NCBI GenBank assembly: GCA_002269645.1
Contig: NIVC01001328.1
Location: 45,294-104,019 of the forward strand
From: Macrostomum lignano
Lineage: Eukaryota
Length of the DNA stretch: 58,726 bases
Direction: 5' to 3'
The notes beneath the pieces were generated by a model that did no database searches, was not told the origin of the DNA, and was given only the letters and a program-made list of their open reading frames with translations. Shown here one piece after another: positions 11,639 through 23,702 of this stretch. Every line of letters starts with the position of its first letter. Position 1 is the first letter of the stretch. The translations under genes were made by a program, and so were the position numbers.

Positions 11639-12766
11639 TTCGCTGTGCAGTCTTCTGCTTACGCCTTACGGGGTTGGTTTGTATTTAGACGGCGCCCGTG
11701 AGAAACTGTCCGTGTGCTTATGCTCGTATTTGCTAATTCTGCGCTTGCAGATAATTATAGTCGAGTGTATAGATGATTTGCAGATTGTCATTTTCCAAAA
11801 GTTTATATAGGCTATTCTGCGCAAGTAAATTGGAATACGCTCGCATGCATAGCGGGCAGGATAGATTTTGGTAAGATATGCAAATAAGTTTTTAGGCGCA
11901 GCAACCCAAACGCAAACGCAAAGAAAGGGTGTTTACAAAAATATGGAAATCGGACGATTTTGATAAGAGAATATTGCCAAACGTTATTTGCCGTTAGCTT
12001 GTTCTTATTCTTGGATAAAGTCACTGCCAAACAACATGGAACTATTTTTTGTATAATATCTTAACCAATCGAACACACATACTATAGGAAATACCCTGCG
12101 TTGAGAGGGCAACGGGTTAGTCCCAAAACTGTTATAGGAACTAACGTCACTATTCCATTTTTTATGCAGAACAATTATCTAAATATACTAAATCTCTAAG
12201 GTTTGTATGTTTGAATGTTTGTCCATAACGCTCTAGAGATTGCAATTCTTCACCGATTTTGATCGCGTTTTCGCCAAAAGATTCAAAATATATTACTAAA
12301 AACAATGCATTTTTTGTAGGATCGTCAAGCAGCATAACAATGCAAAGAATCAGCGGTCGCAGCACGTGACAACCGATTTGTCTATGGCAATCGTTGTCAC
12401 GCACTGGGACCGCTGATTATTTATCCATTGTTTAGTAATGTATTGTTCTGCATAAACTGTGCGAACAACGATAGTCAAATTGCTAAACAATGTTAGGATA
12501 ACTGTCACGCCGGTTGTGTGCTTATGTCGCTTAAAGTGCGCCAGGGTGCACACAACCCCCCTGCCTCTAATAATAAAAAATAGGATAACTGTCATGTGTG
12601 GAAAATATTTCTAGGCATCAATGTCGAAAATTCCGGGCTCCATTTACATATGATTTATGACCTTTTGAAATGAAAAATTACTAAAATGAAAAATTACTAT
12701 GAAAAACAAGAAGTCTATGTTAAAGGCAGAAGCCATTCTAGTAGAACAGCCCATTCATCTGTTGAC

Positions 12767-12868
12767 ATGTTTCGACAAATGACTGACGGAGAACGCTGGC
12801 GTGCTTTTGGTATGATCGATGCCACTTCACAGCATTCAGTTCCCTGTTCTTGTCATTCGTTTTCCTGA
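12767..12868 (+). mobile_element. Possible Tc1-like transposase N-terminal relic
   Basis: MFRQMTDGERWRAFGMIDA resembles the first helix of Tc1-family transposase HTH domains. No catalytic domain or clear TIRs are seen. Confidence 0.3.
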
Positions 12869-13482
12869 AACTGCCTATCTTAGTCCTGTACGATTGAGCG
12901 ATGCGTATTGAGTGGTGTATTAGAATTTCTATGGCCTAGAGTTACCGATTTGCCACTCAAACTGAGACGAAATTCTCCCGAGAAAAGGTTGGACACTTGT
13001 TTGTTGCTGAGATATGATAAAATGCCGTTTAATTCATCATTATGGCAAAAAATTTCCTCGGCCACACTCCATGAGGGGTTCAATAGTGGGGTTTCTTGCT
13101 TAAATGTCTAGGCTACGAGTGGGCGCAGCGCCCTTTGTATAACAGTGGATTTAGGATGGGTGGAATTAGCGTCTTCCCAGCGTGTCTGGGCTTCAAAGCA
13201 GCGAAGTCAAAGCAGGGGTCTGGATGTAAAAATCGACATTACTCGATGCTGTTGAAACCAGTAGGCTTTGAGTGCCGGATTTCATATTCGGGACGTTAAT
13301 TTCCACGCGAGGCCAGAGCTTTTGCATGTGTAACGGGTGCATTCCTTCTAGCACGGGTAATTGGATTTGTACAATGAGTAGGATTGGATGCATTTAGAAC
13401 CTTGCTGATGAGACAACGGGGAACATTTTTACTGTGAATTTGACCTAAAAGTGATTCACTGGTAGATTAAGCAAGTAGCAAG

Positions 13483-13831
13483 CACAGATACTAAAATAAC
13501 TATAAGATGGGCCACTCAGGCATATATACTTAGTAAAACAGCTTTCTACTTTCAGTTCAGTAGCAAAGAAGAATACATAAGCTATTTTATAAAAATAAAG
13601 GCGGCTGAAATTGCTAATTAGTTCAGCAATTCCGAGAAGGCAAAAAAATGGGGCGGGGTGGGGGAGTGTGGAAAGGCGCGGTTGGAAGGTTTAGGCTGGG
13701 CGCTAAGAGCCAGTAAAATGAGCCTTGGCTTTAAAAATACATAAAAATGCTTCCGTTTAATTTACGAATACTACTGAACTGAAAGTAGCTTACACGCAAA
13801 TGTGCTGAGTGGCCCATCAGTAGTATCTGTG
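13483..13831. mobile_element. hAT-like MITE, copy A
   Basis: TIR CACAGATACT...GATGGGCCACTCAG / CTGAGTGGCCCATC...AGTATCTGTG. Flanks GTAGCAAG/GTAGCAAT match at 7/8. Confidence 0.75.
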
Positions 13832-14654
13832 GTAGCAATTAAAATTATCATGGTTAAAGATTTTCGAACTAAGTCGATCTCTATTTGCCGATTTCTTCGG
13901 GGATAATGAATATACGCTCGTAGAATTAATGGGATTGTGGAGCCAGCGAAAATTGTGCCCTATAAGCCGCCTTATGACAACTACTTTAGTTCAACATCTG
14001 TCCAGAAATCAGATTCGGCAGCAATCCGAATGAAAGGGAAACGGCTGAATGAAAGCTTTAAAGCCACGGCAAATTAGTTTAATTAGAGCAAAGCACAAAT
14101 TCCTATTTTTGTTACTGATGAATATTCGCCATCAAGATTTAAATTTTCAACTTCAAATTTTTGGGTCAAAACAATTTGTTTGATAAATTTGTATTTGGAG
14201 AAAGAATTTTTATAAGCATTAGCGAAAGCCAATTAAATAAAGCAAGCAAACAATTGAAGCAGAAGCAAAGCGTTAATAAAAAGAGATCGATATAGTGATC
14301 AGTTACATTCAGGTTACGCATGCTAGTGGGTTAGTAGACAGCGGTCAATGAGCAATAAAATTGATAATCAATAAACAGACAGTTTAATGAATTATTGACC
14401 ATTAATTAGAACAAATAAAATTATAAAACAGAAACTAGCAATAGTTCATTAAGTAAAAAAACAGGTGCACAAAAATGCACAAAAAAGCTGCGAACCAGTT
14501 TTAAATAATTTCAATGAAATTATCTGAACAATTAAATTAAAAACATATATACAGTGCTTCATACCTGAAAAAAACTACCTGTGCCATTAGAATAAGCAAA
14601 AAAGCATGCCTAGACCATAATGACTCCAAGGATTACGATTAGGTAAGTTTAAAT

Positions 14655-15079
14655 CACAGATACTACAACAACTGGATGGGCCACTCAGCACATTTGCGTG
14701 TAAGCTACTTTCAGTTCAGTAGTAAGTTAAACAGAAGCATTTTTATGTATTTTTAAAGCCAAGGCTCATTTTATTGGCTCTCTCCCCCCAGCCTTTCCAC
14801 TCCCCCACCCTGCCTCAATTTTTATTGCCTTCTCGGAATTTCCACCTAAAGCTGCAATGCACATTTCAGTGGACTGGCTAATGTACATTATTGCTGAACC
14901 AATTAGCAAGTTGTTTACGCCTGCAAGCTTGCGCTTCTAAACTTATCAAAGTTATTTTAGCTGCCTTTATTTTTATAATATAGCTTATGTATTCTTCTTT
15001 GCTACTGAACTGAAAGTAGAAAGCTGTTTTACTAAGTATATATGCCTGAGTGGCCCATCCAGTTATTTTAATATCTGTG
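14655..15079. mobile_element. hAT-like MITE, copy B (same family as A, inverted)
   Basis: Same TIRs, with internal sequence the reverse complement of copy A. Flanks GTTTAAAT/GTTTGAAT match at 7/8. Confidence 0.75.
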
Positions 15080-15454
15080 GTTTGAATAAAAAGTAAGGTA
15101 GGATTACGCGTGTCTGTAATGAATAATAGCGAAACAAAAGAAAATCAGATACAAAAATCAATTATCATTGGAAAATCAAACAGCTAGCTTTAGTCAAAAA
15201 CAAAAGAATAAAATGAAAAATGAAAAAAGAAGGTTATCTATAAGTTTTATACCGCTTAACGCATAGAATCTGCTTGTGCAGCCAACTTTCCTTTCATTGA
15301 CGCTACAGGAAAAGCTTTAAAATGATAGAATAATAAGTAAGTAAAGTATGATAAGTAAGTATATGATAAGTAATGAGAAGCATCAAGGTAAACCATTAGA
15401 ATTCAAACCAAAGTTAATAAAGTCCAGCTCAGCATGCAAGTCCAGCCAGTATTT

Positions 15455-15969
15455 TCAAAGGAAAAACAACCGATCGCAGATCTGCGGGCTCGGCTCGAAT
15501 TCGCTTTTATTGTCATTTAAATTTTGGCCAACCAAATAAGCCAGCCGGTGGGCGTATTGGCACGGCGCGGGCACCCGGATGGTACCGGGCCAGTTGAAGT
15601 AGAGGTGACACAGCTTGTAGGTCAGCTGCTGCACCTGGTCGGGCCTAATGTTGGCGTCATTGACGTCCTCTATGATGTTATAGTGAGTGGGCGTCACAGT
15701 GCCCTGGTTGACGTACTGCGACACCAGGAAAAAGTCTACGTAATTTGGCATGGTGATGACGTCATCCAGCACGGTGCCCGGGGCCGGGTTCCTGAGCTGG
15801 TTGCCGCCTCTCCGGAACAGACGGGAGCTGACCAACTTCTTCACTATGATAACCTTGAAGCCGAGGCTGCTGATGCGATCGCCGTAGATTCTCGACAGCG
15901 ACTGCTTCAGCTGGACCAGCTCCGAGTTCTTCACCTGCAGACGGATCAATAGAACCAGCATTGTTTTGT

Positions 15970-16019
<50 letters not shown>

Positions 16020-18924
16020 CAATAATGCAATGTAGAAAAATGTGTTTAGAAACAATTAGTACTATTTTATTAGCACATCAAACTGACCTGCTCAAGCATG
16101 GAGTCGCCAACACCGTCGCGGTACAGGATGATGCGGGCGGGCAACTCGCCGTTTTTCTCCCTGAACTTCTGCAGGGCCATAGTGAAGCCAGCATCCAGCC
16201 TGTTGTGAAGCTCAGCTTTGCCTCCCTTCACGATTGGCGAGTACGAGTAGTACTGGGTGAAGGTTTCATTTAGTGAGAACACCACACCCTGCACGGAGCG
16301 ACTTTGCCGCTTGTCGTGGTAGCTGTCCATCCCTATGATCATTGTGCGCTTTATCGGGATGCTGAGAGCCCAAGCAACACCGCCCAGCTTGCAGGAGATC
16401 TGTATAGCCACCTTCGTAGCAACGGACATTACTTTGGCCGGGTTGCGGATAGTCTTGGTAAGTACGCACTGGCTCGGCACCGGCTTATCCACGTAGCACA
16501 GGCGTTTGATGATGTTATATCGATGGGCATTGTTGTTAGGCAGCAGACAGAACACAAGGTCCAGCTCCTGATTGATGTTATCTTGGATAGTCTTTAGCCA
16601 GAACTGGTCTCGGTCCTGCATCACGGGCAGCACGTAGGGCTCGCCAAATGACATTCCGAGAGACTGAGAAACCCGATGGAGCTTCTGGCAGAAGTCGGCG
16701 GCCGCCTGCTCGTCTCGCTGAAAATAGACGAATATCCAATTCTTGCAGTCGATTGGCTGGAACATGCCGTTGCCCTTAAGGCCATTGTCCCAGTCAGCGC
16801 GCTCAGGGTCCACCCTGATTGGCCGCGACATCTGCACAGTCTCCGGCTGCAGCTGGCGGGCGGTGGCCTCCACAGCGTTAGGCGATACTTCCAGACCGAA
16901 CTCTCCCAGCACCCGACGGCTCTCGGGATTGCCAGCCATTGTGCGGGCAAAGGTGAGCATCTTGTCGCACCGAGCTGACGGATTGACCCTAGTATGGGTG
17001 GCCAGATCCCTCATCAGGTTGCGGTCAGCTCGCATGTCATCAGTGAGGCCGGTCATGTAACAGACCTCCGGCGGCAGTAGCACGTTATCCGCCTGCTCCC
17101 GGCGGCCTCCCTTAGTTGGCGGCAGATCTCGCTTGCGCGGTTTGGACACCAGAAGCGGCTGCTTATCATCTGCCAGATCGATGTCGTAAGTCTGCTTAAA
17201 GTACTGCCCGAAAGTAATCTGTTCCTCCTGCCGGGTGGTCTTGTTAAACCAGCGGAAATGCTCGTTTACGCCCTTGTCCCACTCGATGCTGTCAATCCGA
17301 TAGGTCTTATTATTGTGCCGAGTCAGCACTATTTGGCCGACCAACGCGCTTTCAGCTGCGGCGTGAAACTGATTGCTAGCGACTCGATTATACATGTCAT
17401 ACATAAAGTCTAACACGGTGTTGGTGTGAATAAACTTGTTCGACGGATCCAGGTAAAGCATCAGCGGCCCGTCAGTGGGTTTCACTGCCATCTCGAATCC
17501 CGGCCAAACCTGGGGAACAGATTGGCGATGCTTATTATAGTTTTTGTTGTATATTTGTTGCAAGGGGGCTGCAGCCTAGTGGTTAGAGCGTTGGACTCAC
17601 GACTTGCAGGTCGGGGGTTCGAATCTCTGACTCACTCGGAACAATTTGTGTCCTTGAGCAAGACAATTAACTCTTCAGTTTAACCAGCTGTGAAATGGGC
17701 ACAGCATTAGCTGGGATATTTGAGGCTGTGTGGCGACCCTCCCCCCCCCAGTCCTTGGACTGAACAGCCGTACGCAGCCTTCAGATGCGCCGCGCAATAG
17801 CTGCGGCTGAGCTGTCGGTTGCACAACTGTATATTAGAGCAGCTGCAATCAATTATTATTGGGTATTTCTACCAAAACGAGACACTGTCTCGTTTTCTCG
17901 TTTTCCAAATTGTATGTTGGACACTCAAGGGTTTCGCAGTATACTTTTAACTCGTGCGATCCTAGTTTGGCTTGCACAATAATAAACTTAAGTCAGAGTA
18001 TTAAGATGATTTAAATACAAAAATGAATTTTTATGAAAAATACGTGTTTTCTTTCGTTTGAAACCAAATTTGGTTTTAAAATCAATTTAAACTAGAGAAA
18101 CTTTGATAAAATTGTCATCTTACCTCCATACCGTAGTTAGGAAGCCTGGTGGCCTGGTCCGGATAATAAAAGTTTCGACCAACCATCTGCATATTGAGGT
18201 ACCGCTGAGCCTTGCCAAGCACAACATTCATCAGGTGCAGCCATTGCGGCGTGTTCCTATTAACTTCGCCCACCTGCCGGATGGCCACTTCGCCAGTCCA
18301 AGACTTGATGCTGGCCTCGAACTTCACTCCCTCAGGCGGATTCAGTGGCTGCCTCGTGTACAGAATGCCGCCATCGTAGACGAACGGCTTTGGCACCTGA
18401 CTGGCGTCAGTCAGCAGCTTCTCGCGAAGCGGTTTGGCACCCAGCATCGGGCGAAAATCCACAGCCATCTGGTAGGTGCGCCAGTTGTCTTTAACGTTGA
18501 GAGCAACGTAATTGGTCACAACCTGAACAGGGGCGCCACTGGTGCCTCTCTTGTTGCTGACCGGAACGCCCTCAGGTCGAACATTCGCTAGCTGGTAGCG
18601 CAGTAGCTTCCGCTGCAGGCCGCCCCGTTCGCCGCCAACCTGCAGGCCGGCCATGCGCTCTGCCAGCTGTTCTGAGTCTCCGCCAGTGGCACCTGCACCC
18701 TGGCGATACCCGAAGCCAGAAGCTCCGGGCGGCCCCGCTAAACCAGGAGGCGGAGCTGGAGACGAAGCAGCAGCAGCAGCAGCAGGCGATGTTGAAGCTG
18801 CGGCTGCTGAGCCGGAGTCAAAAGATGCAGCAGAGGCAGCACTGGCGGAAGCCTCAGCTGGCCGTGGTCCGGCGCGACCGCGAGAACGACCTCGGCCTTT
18901 GGTAGCATGCTGCTGCTGAGACAT
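15455..18924 (-). CDS. piwi: Piwi-clade Argonaute, ~900 aa, 3 exons
   Basis: Model complement(join(15455..15934,16088..17509,18124..18924)) = 2703 nt with two phase-0 GT-AG introns. It has an RG-rich N-terminus (KGRGRSRGRAG), MEVWPGF, PAZ (HNNKTYRIDSIEW, LLPPEVCYMTGL) and MID (VPSQCV) motifs. PIWI residues are IGMD / AELH / YRDGV / CQYAHRLA, and the C-terminus is DRLFFL. Confidence 0.95.
15977..16015. repeat. (CA)n microsatellite in piwi intron 2
   Basis: About 19 CA units. Confidence 0.95.
17564..17765 (+). mobile_element. tRNA-derived SINE (CORE-like) in piwi intron 1
   Basis: A-box-like GCCTAGTGGTTAGAGCG and B-box GGTTCGAATCT are followed by GTGTCCTTGAGCAAGACAATTAAC...CAGTTT...CTGTGAAATGGG, which resembles the CORE-SINE domain. 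No complete cloverleaf acceptor stem. Confidence 0.65.
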
Positions 18925-19352
18925 CTCTAGTTCTGGATTTAAGAGCTTAGAGCTGTCAATGTTTAAAATAAAATCAAATGCACAAGCACATCACATTGCC
19001 TCACAAATGTGTTTTTTCTAATAGCCTTAAATAATAAAGCTTTCAAATCACATAATAATAAGTCACACGATAATGACTCATATTATATAATCTATATACT
19101 AAATTAGAGTTCTGCTGTAACCAAATTTTTTCCATATGCATATCTCCAATTTTCCGTAGCCTATCTGTATCTGTAGCTAGTAAACTTTCCGTAACCATTG
19201 TACAACACTGAGACCTAGAGCCTGATGGACGCCTTGGAGAGGACGCTGTGCACGCGGCCATTCAGAGGGCACAGCAGTCCAGACAGCGAGACCAATGTTG
19301 CGCTTTAGAGAAGGGTGCACCTGGTATGGCCTTCTGACCTGCTGCGCAGACG

Positions 19353-21211
19353 ATGACTTTGACTAATTGACCACATCATCTAGTTGAAGGCCCTCTGCCC
19401 TGAGCTGCTACACAAAGTGCTACTGCTCAATCTGCAGGGACCAAGCAAGCAAGGCCAAGGGCAAATGGTGAGATACCCTGCTAAGAGACTGGCTTGTGAC
19501 TGATGCTGTTGCCTTGGACCAAACTAGGATTGTGACTTTTTGAGGCAATGCTGGGCAGCTTCCCTATTGTCTTTATTATTTTAACTTAAGCCCCCACCAT
19601 TCCAAACACAATGTATATGTGGTGTCAAAAATGTTGCTCAAGTCCCTGACCCCACCCAAGGGACTTAGAGGTCCCTTTAGATTGAAAGTTAAAATATATC
19701 TTAACTTTAACCCCCCTCCCACCCATATTTCAACCCCAATACACATGTAATTTCAAACATTTCTATCTTTGTTGCTTGAGTCCCTGATTCTAGGGACTTA
19801 AGAGCATTCCTCACATTGAAAGTGAAAACATTCATATTAAATTTAGCCCTTCCACCCAACCATAATATAGACATGGCATTGGCAATCTGTGTTGATTCTT
19901 AAGTCCCAAATTCTAACAATTTAGGAGTTTTCCTCACTTGAAAACTGGCAATATACTTATTAAAGTTTATAAATAAAAATCATCAATATTATTATTGCTA
20001 AGTCACACATATATACAACCTAAATTTTACCTAGCCAATATAACATAGCTTTGTTTTAAAGGCAACATAAGTTTTTTTACTATAACAAAAAAATTTTTCT
20101 CACTATCTTAATTTTTTCTTTTTTTATTTATTTTATAGTTTTGTCTAATATATAGTTTTGGTTTTAGAGTTTTGTCCTATTTTACAATTAGAATTTTTTG
20201 GTGCTTGGGCTTGGCTAATTAGTTACATGGCATATCTATCTTGGCTGCCCTATTACTAGGCCTAAGCCAGCTAGGTGATATCTATGTATACATAGCTATT
20301 AATAAGCTTATATATTTCTGATCAAATGATAATGACTCATTATTATATAGAAAGCAATATATAAAGAAATGTTGATTTAAAATAAAAACAGTTTAGCAAG
20401 GTTTAAAGCAAGCTAGTTTAGATTGTTTAAACCATTTGTATTTAAAAATAGTAATACTAAGTGCATTGAATAAAATACAACATCTCAAAATGACTAGTTG
20501 ACAAAATCTTTAATAGGTTCCATTAGGCTATAAAAGCCCAAGAGTATACAAAAATCATTCTTAAAGTGCTTTTCCATTTTTGGCTTAGATAATAACATGT
20601 AGTAAGTCTATAATTTAATATTTACTAAATTATCAAATATAAATAAAATGGACTAAGTCTCATTAATATTATTAATTTGATAAACTAAAACATTATCTAT
20701 AATCAAGATATTGTCTATTATGTACTACAACATTTTTGGACAAAAAATAAGGCATATATTCCATATGCCAAGAAGGCAACTCAGACTAGCTAGCCATGTT
20801 ATCTGGTTGGAAAGTTGCTATTATAACAAATTATTACATGATTTGCTATAATAGATAAGAGTTTATAGAAATAAGGCCAATGGCAAACAATGTACTATCC
20901 TAAGCTGTCTATAATGGATATAAGAACTATTATTTGACTTTGGATAGGACTAGAAGGCTAAATGATATCTAAGATTTTCTATTAGGGGAAGGATCAATCC
21001 CAAATAAATCAATTAGCCATTAGGGGGATAGTATTAATAATACTAGTAAAAATATAATCAACAAGGCCTTAGCCTAGGCAAAGACAATTGGGAGAAGGGC
21101 AAAGCTTCCTTGGCATGCTTCCTTTTCTTTTATAGTGTATGTCATTAACTAAAACTATATTTTTAAGATATATAGCCTAAAGGAATATGTTTTGATATCT
21201 TTCCACTTAAT
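19353..21211. other. CpG-void, TpA-rich decayed repeat island
   Basis: No CG dinucleotide was found by eye between 19353 and 21211, while AT-rich flanks elsewhere carry many. A Helitron-like 5' start (A|TCTATATACTAAA) sits at 19091. Confidence 0.7.
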
Positions 21212-21584
21212 CGCTATATATGGCTAGCAAAATACTTAAGGTATATTTTTGTTGTTGCCTAGAAAACTATTAATAATATATATATCTTATATAAAATTTT
21301 TAATTTTGTTTATATAATTAATATAAAAATTAGGGCTTACCCTTAAAAACAAAAAAGCATATTAAATTTTATAACAATGACTGCTCACTACTAGTACTAA
21401 AACAAAATAAAATTGAATTCTATTAATTCAAAATTTAAGCACTAATATACAGTTTTGTTTGCAAAGTTATTTCTTATTTGATTTTGAATATATACCAATG
21501 TTAGGTATAGTAAATAATATTAATAATGTTAATGAATATAGCATAAAATGTTCTAAATCTAATTACAAGTTTTCTATAGTTGAG

Positions 21585-23702
21585 AGTAGGCCTAGTATGG
21601 CATTCCTTTGGTTTACGATCATTGAAATTAGTGACGATCCCCATTGGAGAGATAGGGAAGATACAAAATTGTTGTTTATTTCATCAAAATGCAAAAAAAA
21701 CAGTAGACAAGCACTCCAATCCTTTTTATTTATCCATCATAATACTAGCTACATGTTCAAATGAAAAAAGAAGGTAAAGGGGTTATAGTGATCTATTTTA
21801 CAGTTCCAAGAATCCAAAGATGATCCTATATATCTACTTCGGTTTACGATCATTTGAATGAAAGCAATACATATAAATGATCTTGAACCGAAGCTAGCGT
21901 GTGTGTGTAAAGGCATTAGTGCATGAATTCAATTTCCAAAAATGAATCCAAGAAGATGATCCTATATATCCACTTCATCCACAAGAGATACATGTAAATG
22001 ATAGTGAACCGAAGCTAGCGTATGTGTGTAATAGGGTTTTGGTATTTTAAAAGCTCTATCTAAAATTGATCACTATCTCAATACATGGCTAGCTTTGGTT
22101 CACAATCATTTACATGTATTGCTTACATCTAAATGATTGTAAACCAAAGCTGAGGGGGGTGGCAGCATGTAGAGAATAATAAAGCATCAAGTTACTTGGG
22201 AGCGCACATTAACTCAAGATGACATTTCAATTGCCAACAAGTCCCAGTTGAAGAAATAAATATATGTGACTATATATGTCTTCAACACCCCCCTCAGCTT
22301 TGGTACACAATCATTTAAATGGAAGAAATACATGTATATGATTGTGAACCAAAGCTAGTCATGTACAGAGATAGTGATCGATTTCAGATAGAGCTTTTAA
22401 AACACCAAAACCCTGTTATACATTTATGCTAGCTTCAGTTCACAATCATTTACATGTATCTCTTCTATCTAAATGATCCTAAACCAAAGTGTATATATAG
22501 GATCATCTTCTTGGATTCATTTTTGGAAATTGAATTTATCATTCATGCACTAATGCCCTTACACACATTAGCTTTGGTTCACGATCATCTACATGTATTA
22601 CTTCCGTTTAAATGATCATAAACTGAAGTGGATATATAGGATCCTTGTTATTGCCATGCCATGAAAGAAACCATTTGTTGGCTATTCTGTTCAGTTTTTT
22701 CTAATGTAACGAATAAGTTCAGTTTAACAATTTTTGTTTATTTCAAGAAAGCTATGATCATTTATATTAAAAATTACATAGGGATCATGAACCAAAATGT
22801 GGGTGGAAAAATAATCGTAAACTGAAGGAATGCTGCCTAATATACCTAAAAAGGAAAGAGTTATAGAAAGCATTTCTAGGCCTACCAATTATATAAAGGC
22901 CCTAGTCATTTCATCAACTGGCATTTTGTCAACTTAGTTTTTTGCATTGGTTATTTTGTCAATTAGCCAATAAAGCCATTTTAAACCTCAGTCACTTTAT
23001 CAAATGGCTTAGCATATGGGGAGTTTCCCAACCTGTCCTTGGTTACTTTGTCAATTGCCAATAAATTATAATATATCTCATATAGTTGCAAAAACTGAAA
23101 CAAAACCCTCATATAATGACTAAAGTGATTAGGCCTAGCCAATGATATTTACATCCTTTTGCAACATCTAATGAGTTTGATTGATATATCTTTTACCATT
23201 AACAAAAAATGCACTAATGTGTTTAAAACATGCATGTAGCATATGAGTATGACAAGGTAGATATCCTATTATTATATTTTTGTGTATTTAATTTTTGGAT
23301 GCAGAAATTAAAAGATTTGATCATTGGACCAATAATATAAATTACTTGAAATAGTTTTTCTATTTGCAAAATTATTAAAATATCAATATCAATGTATTTC
23401 TTCCATTTAAATGATCGTGTACCGAAGCTAGCCATGTATTGAGATAGTGATAAATTTTAGATAGAGCTTGTAAAACACCAAACCCCCTTACACACATACG
23501 CTAGCTTCGGTTCACGATCATTTACATGTATCTCTTCCATTTAAATGATCGTAAACCGAAGTGGATATATAGGATCATCTTTGGATTCTTGGAACTGTGA
23601 AATGGATCACTATAACCCCTTTACCTTCTTTTATTTCATTTGAACATGCAGCCAGTGTTATGATGGATAAATAAAAAGGATTGGAGTGCGGCTAGGCCTA
23701 CT
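21585..23702. mobile_element. Degenerate nested inverted-repeat (foldback-like) element
   Basis: Outer arms are 21711-21910 vs 23490-23689, with ends AGTAGGCCTAG/CTAGGCCTACT. Inner arms are ~21860-22160 vs ~22280-22640. Recurrent motif AATGATCGT(A/G)AACCGAAG. No TSD found. Confidence 0.6.

Noticed and set aside
17564-17640. tRNA gene
   Set aside because: A and B boxes are present, but there is no proper acceptor stem and it continues into a CORE-like SINE body.
19200-19560. GC-richer stretch resembling a decayed ORF
   Set aside because: All frames have stops and no family could be recognised. Covered under the hypermutated island.
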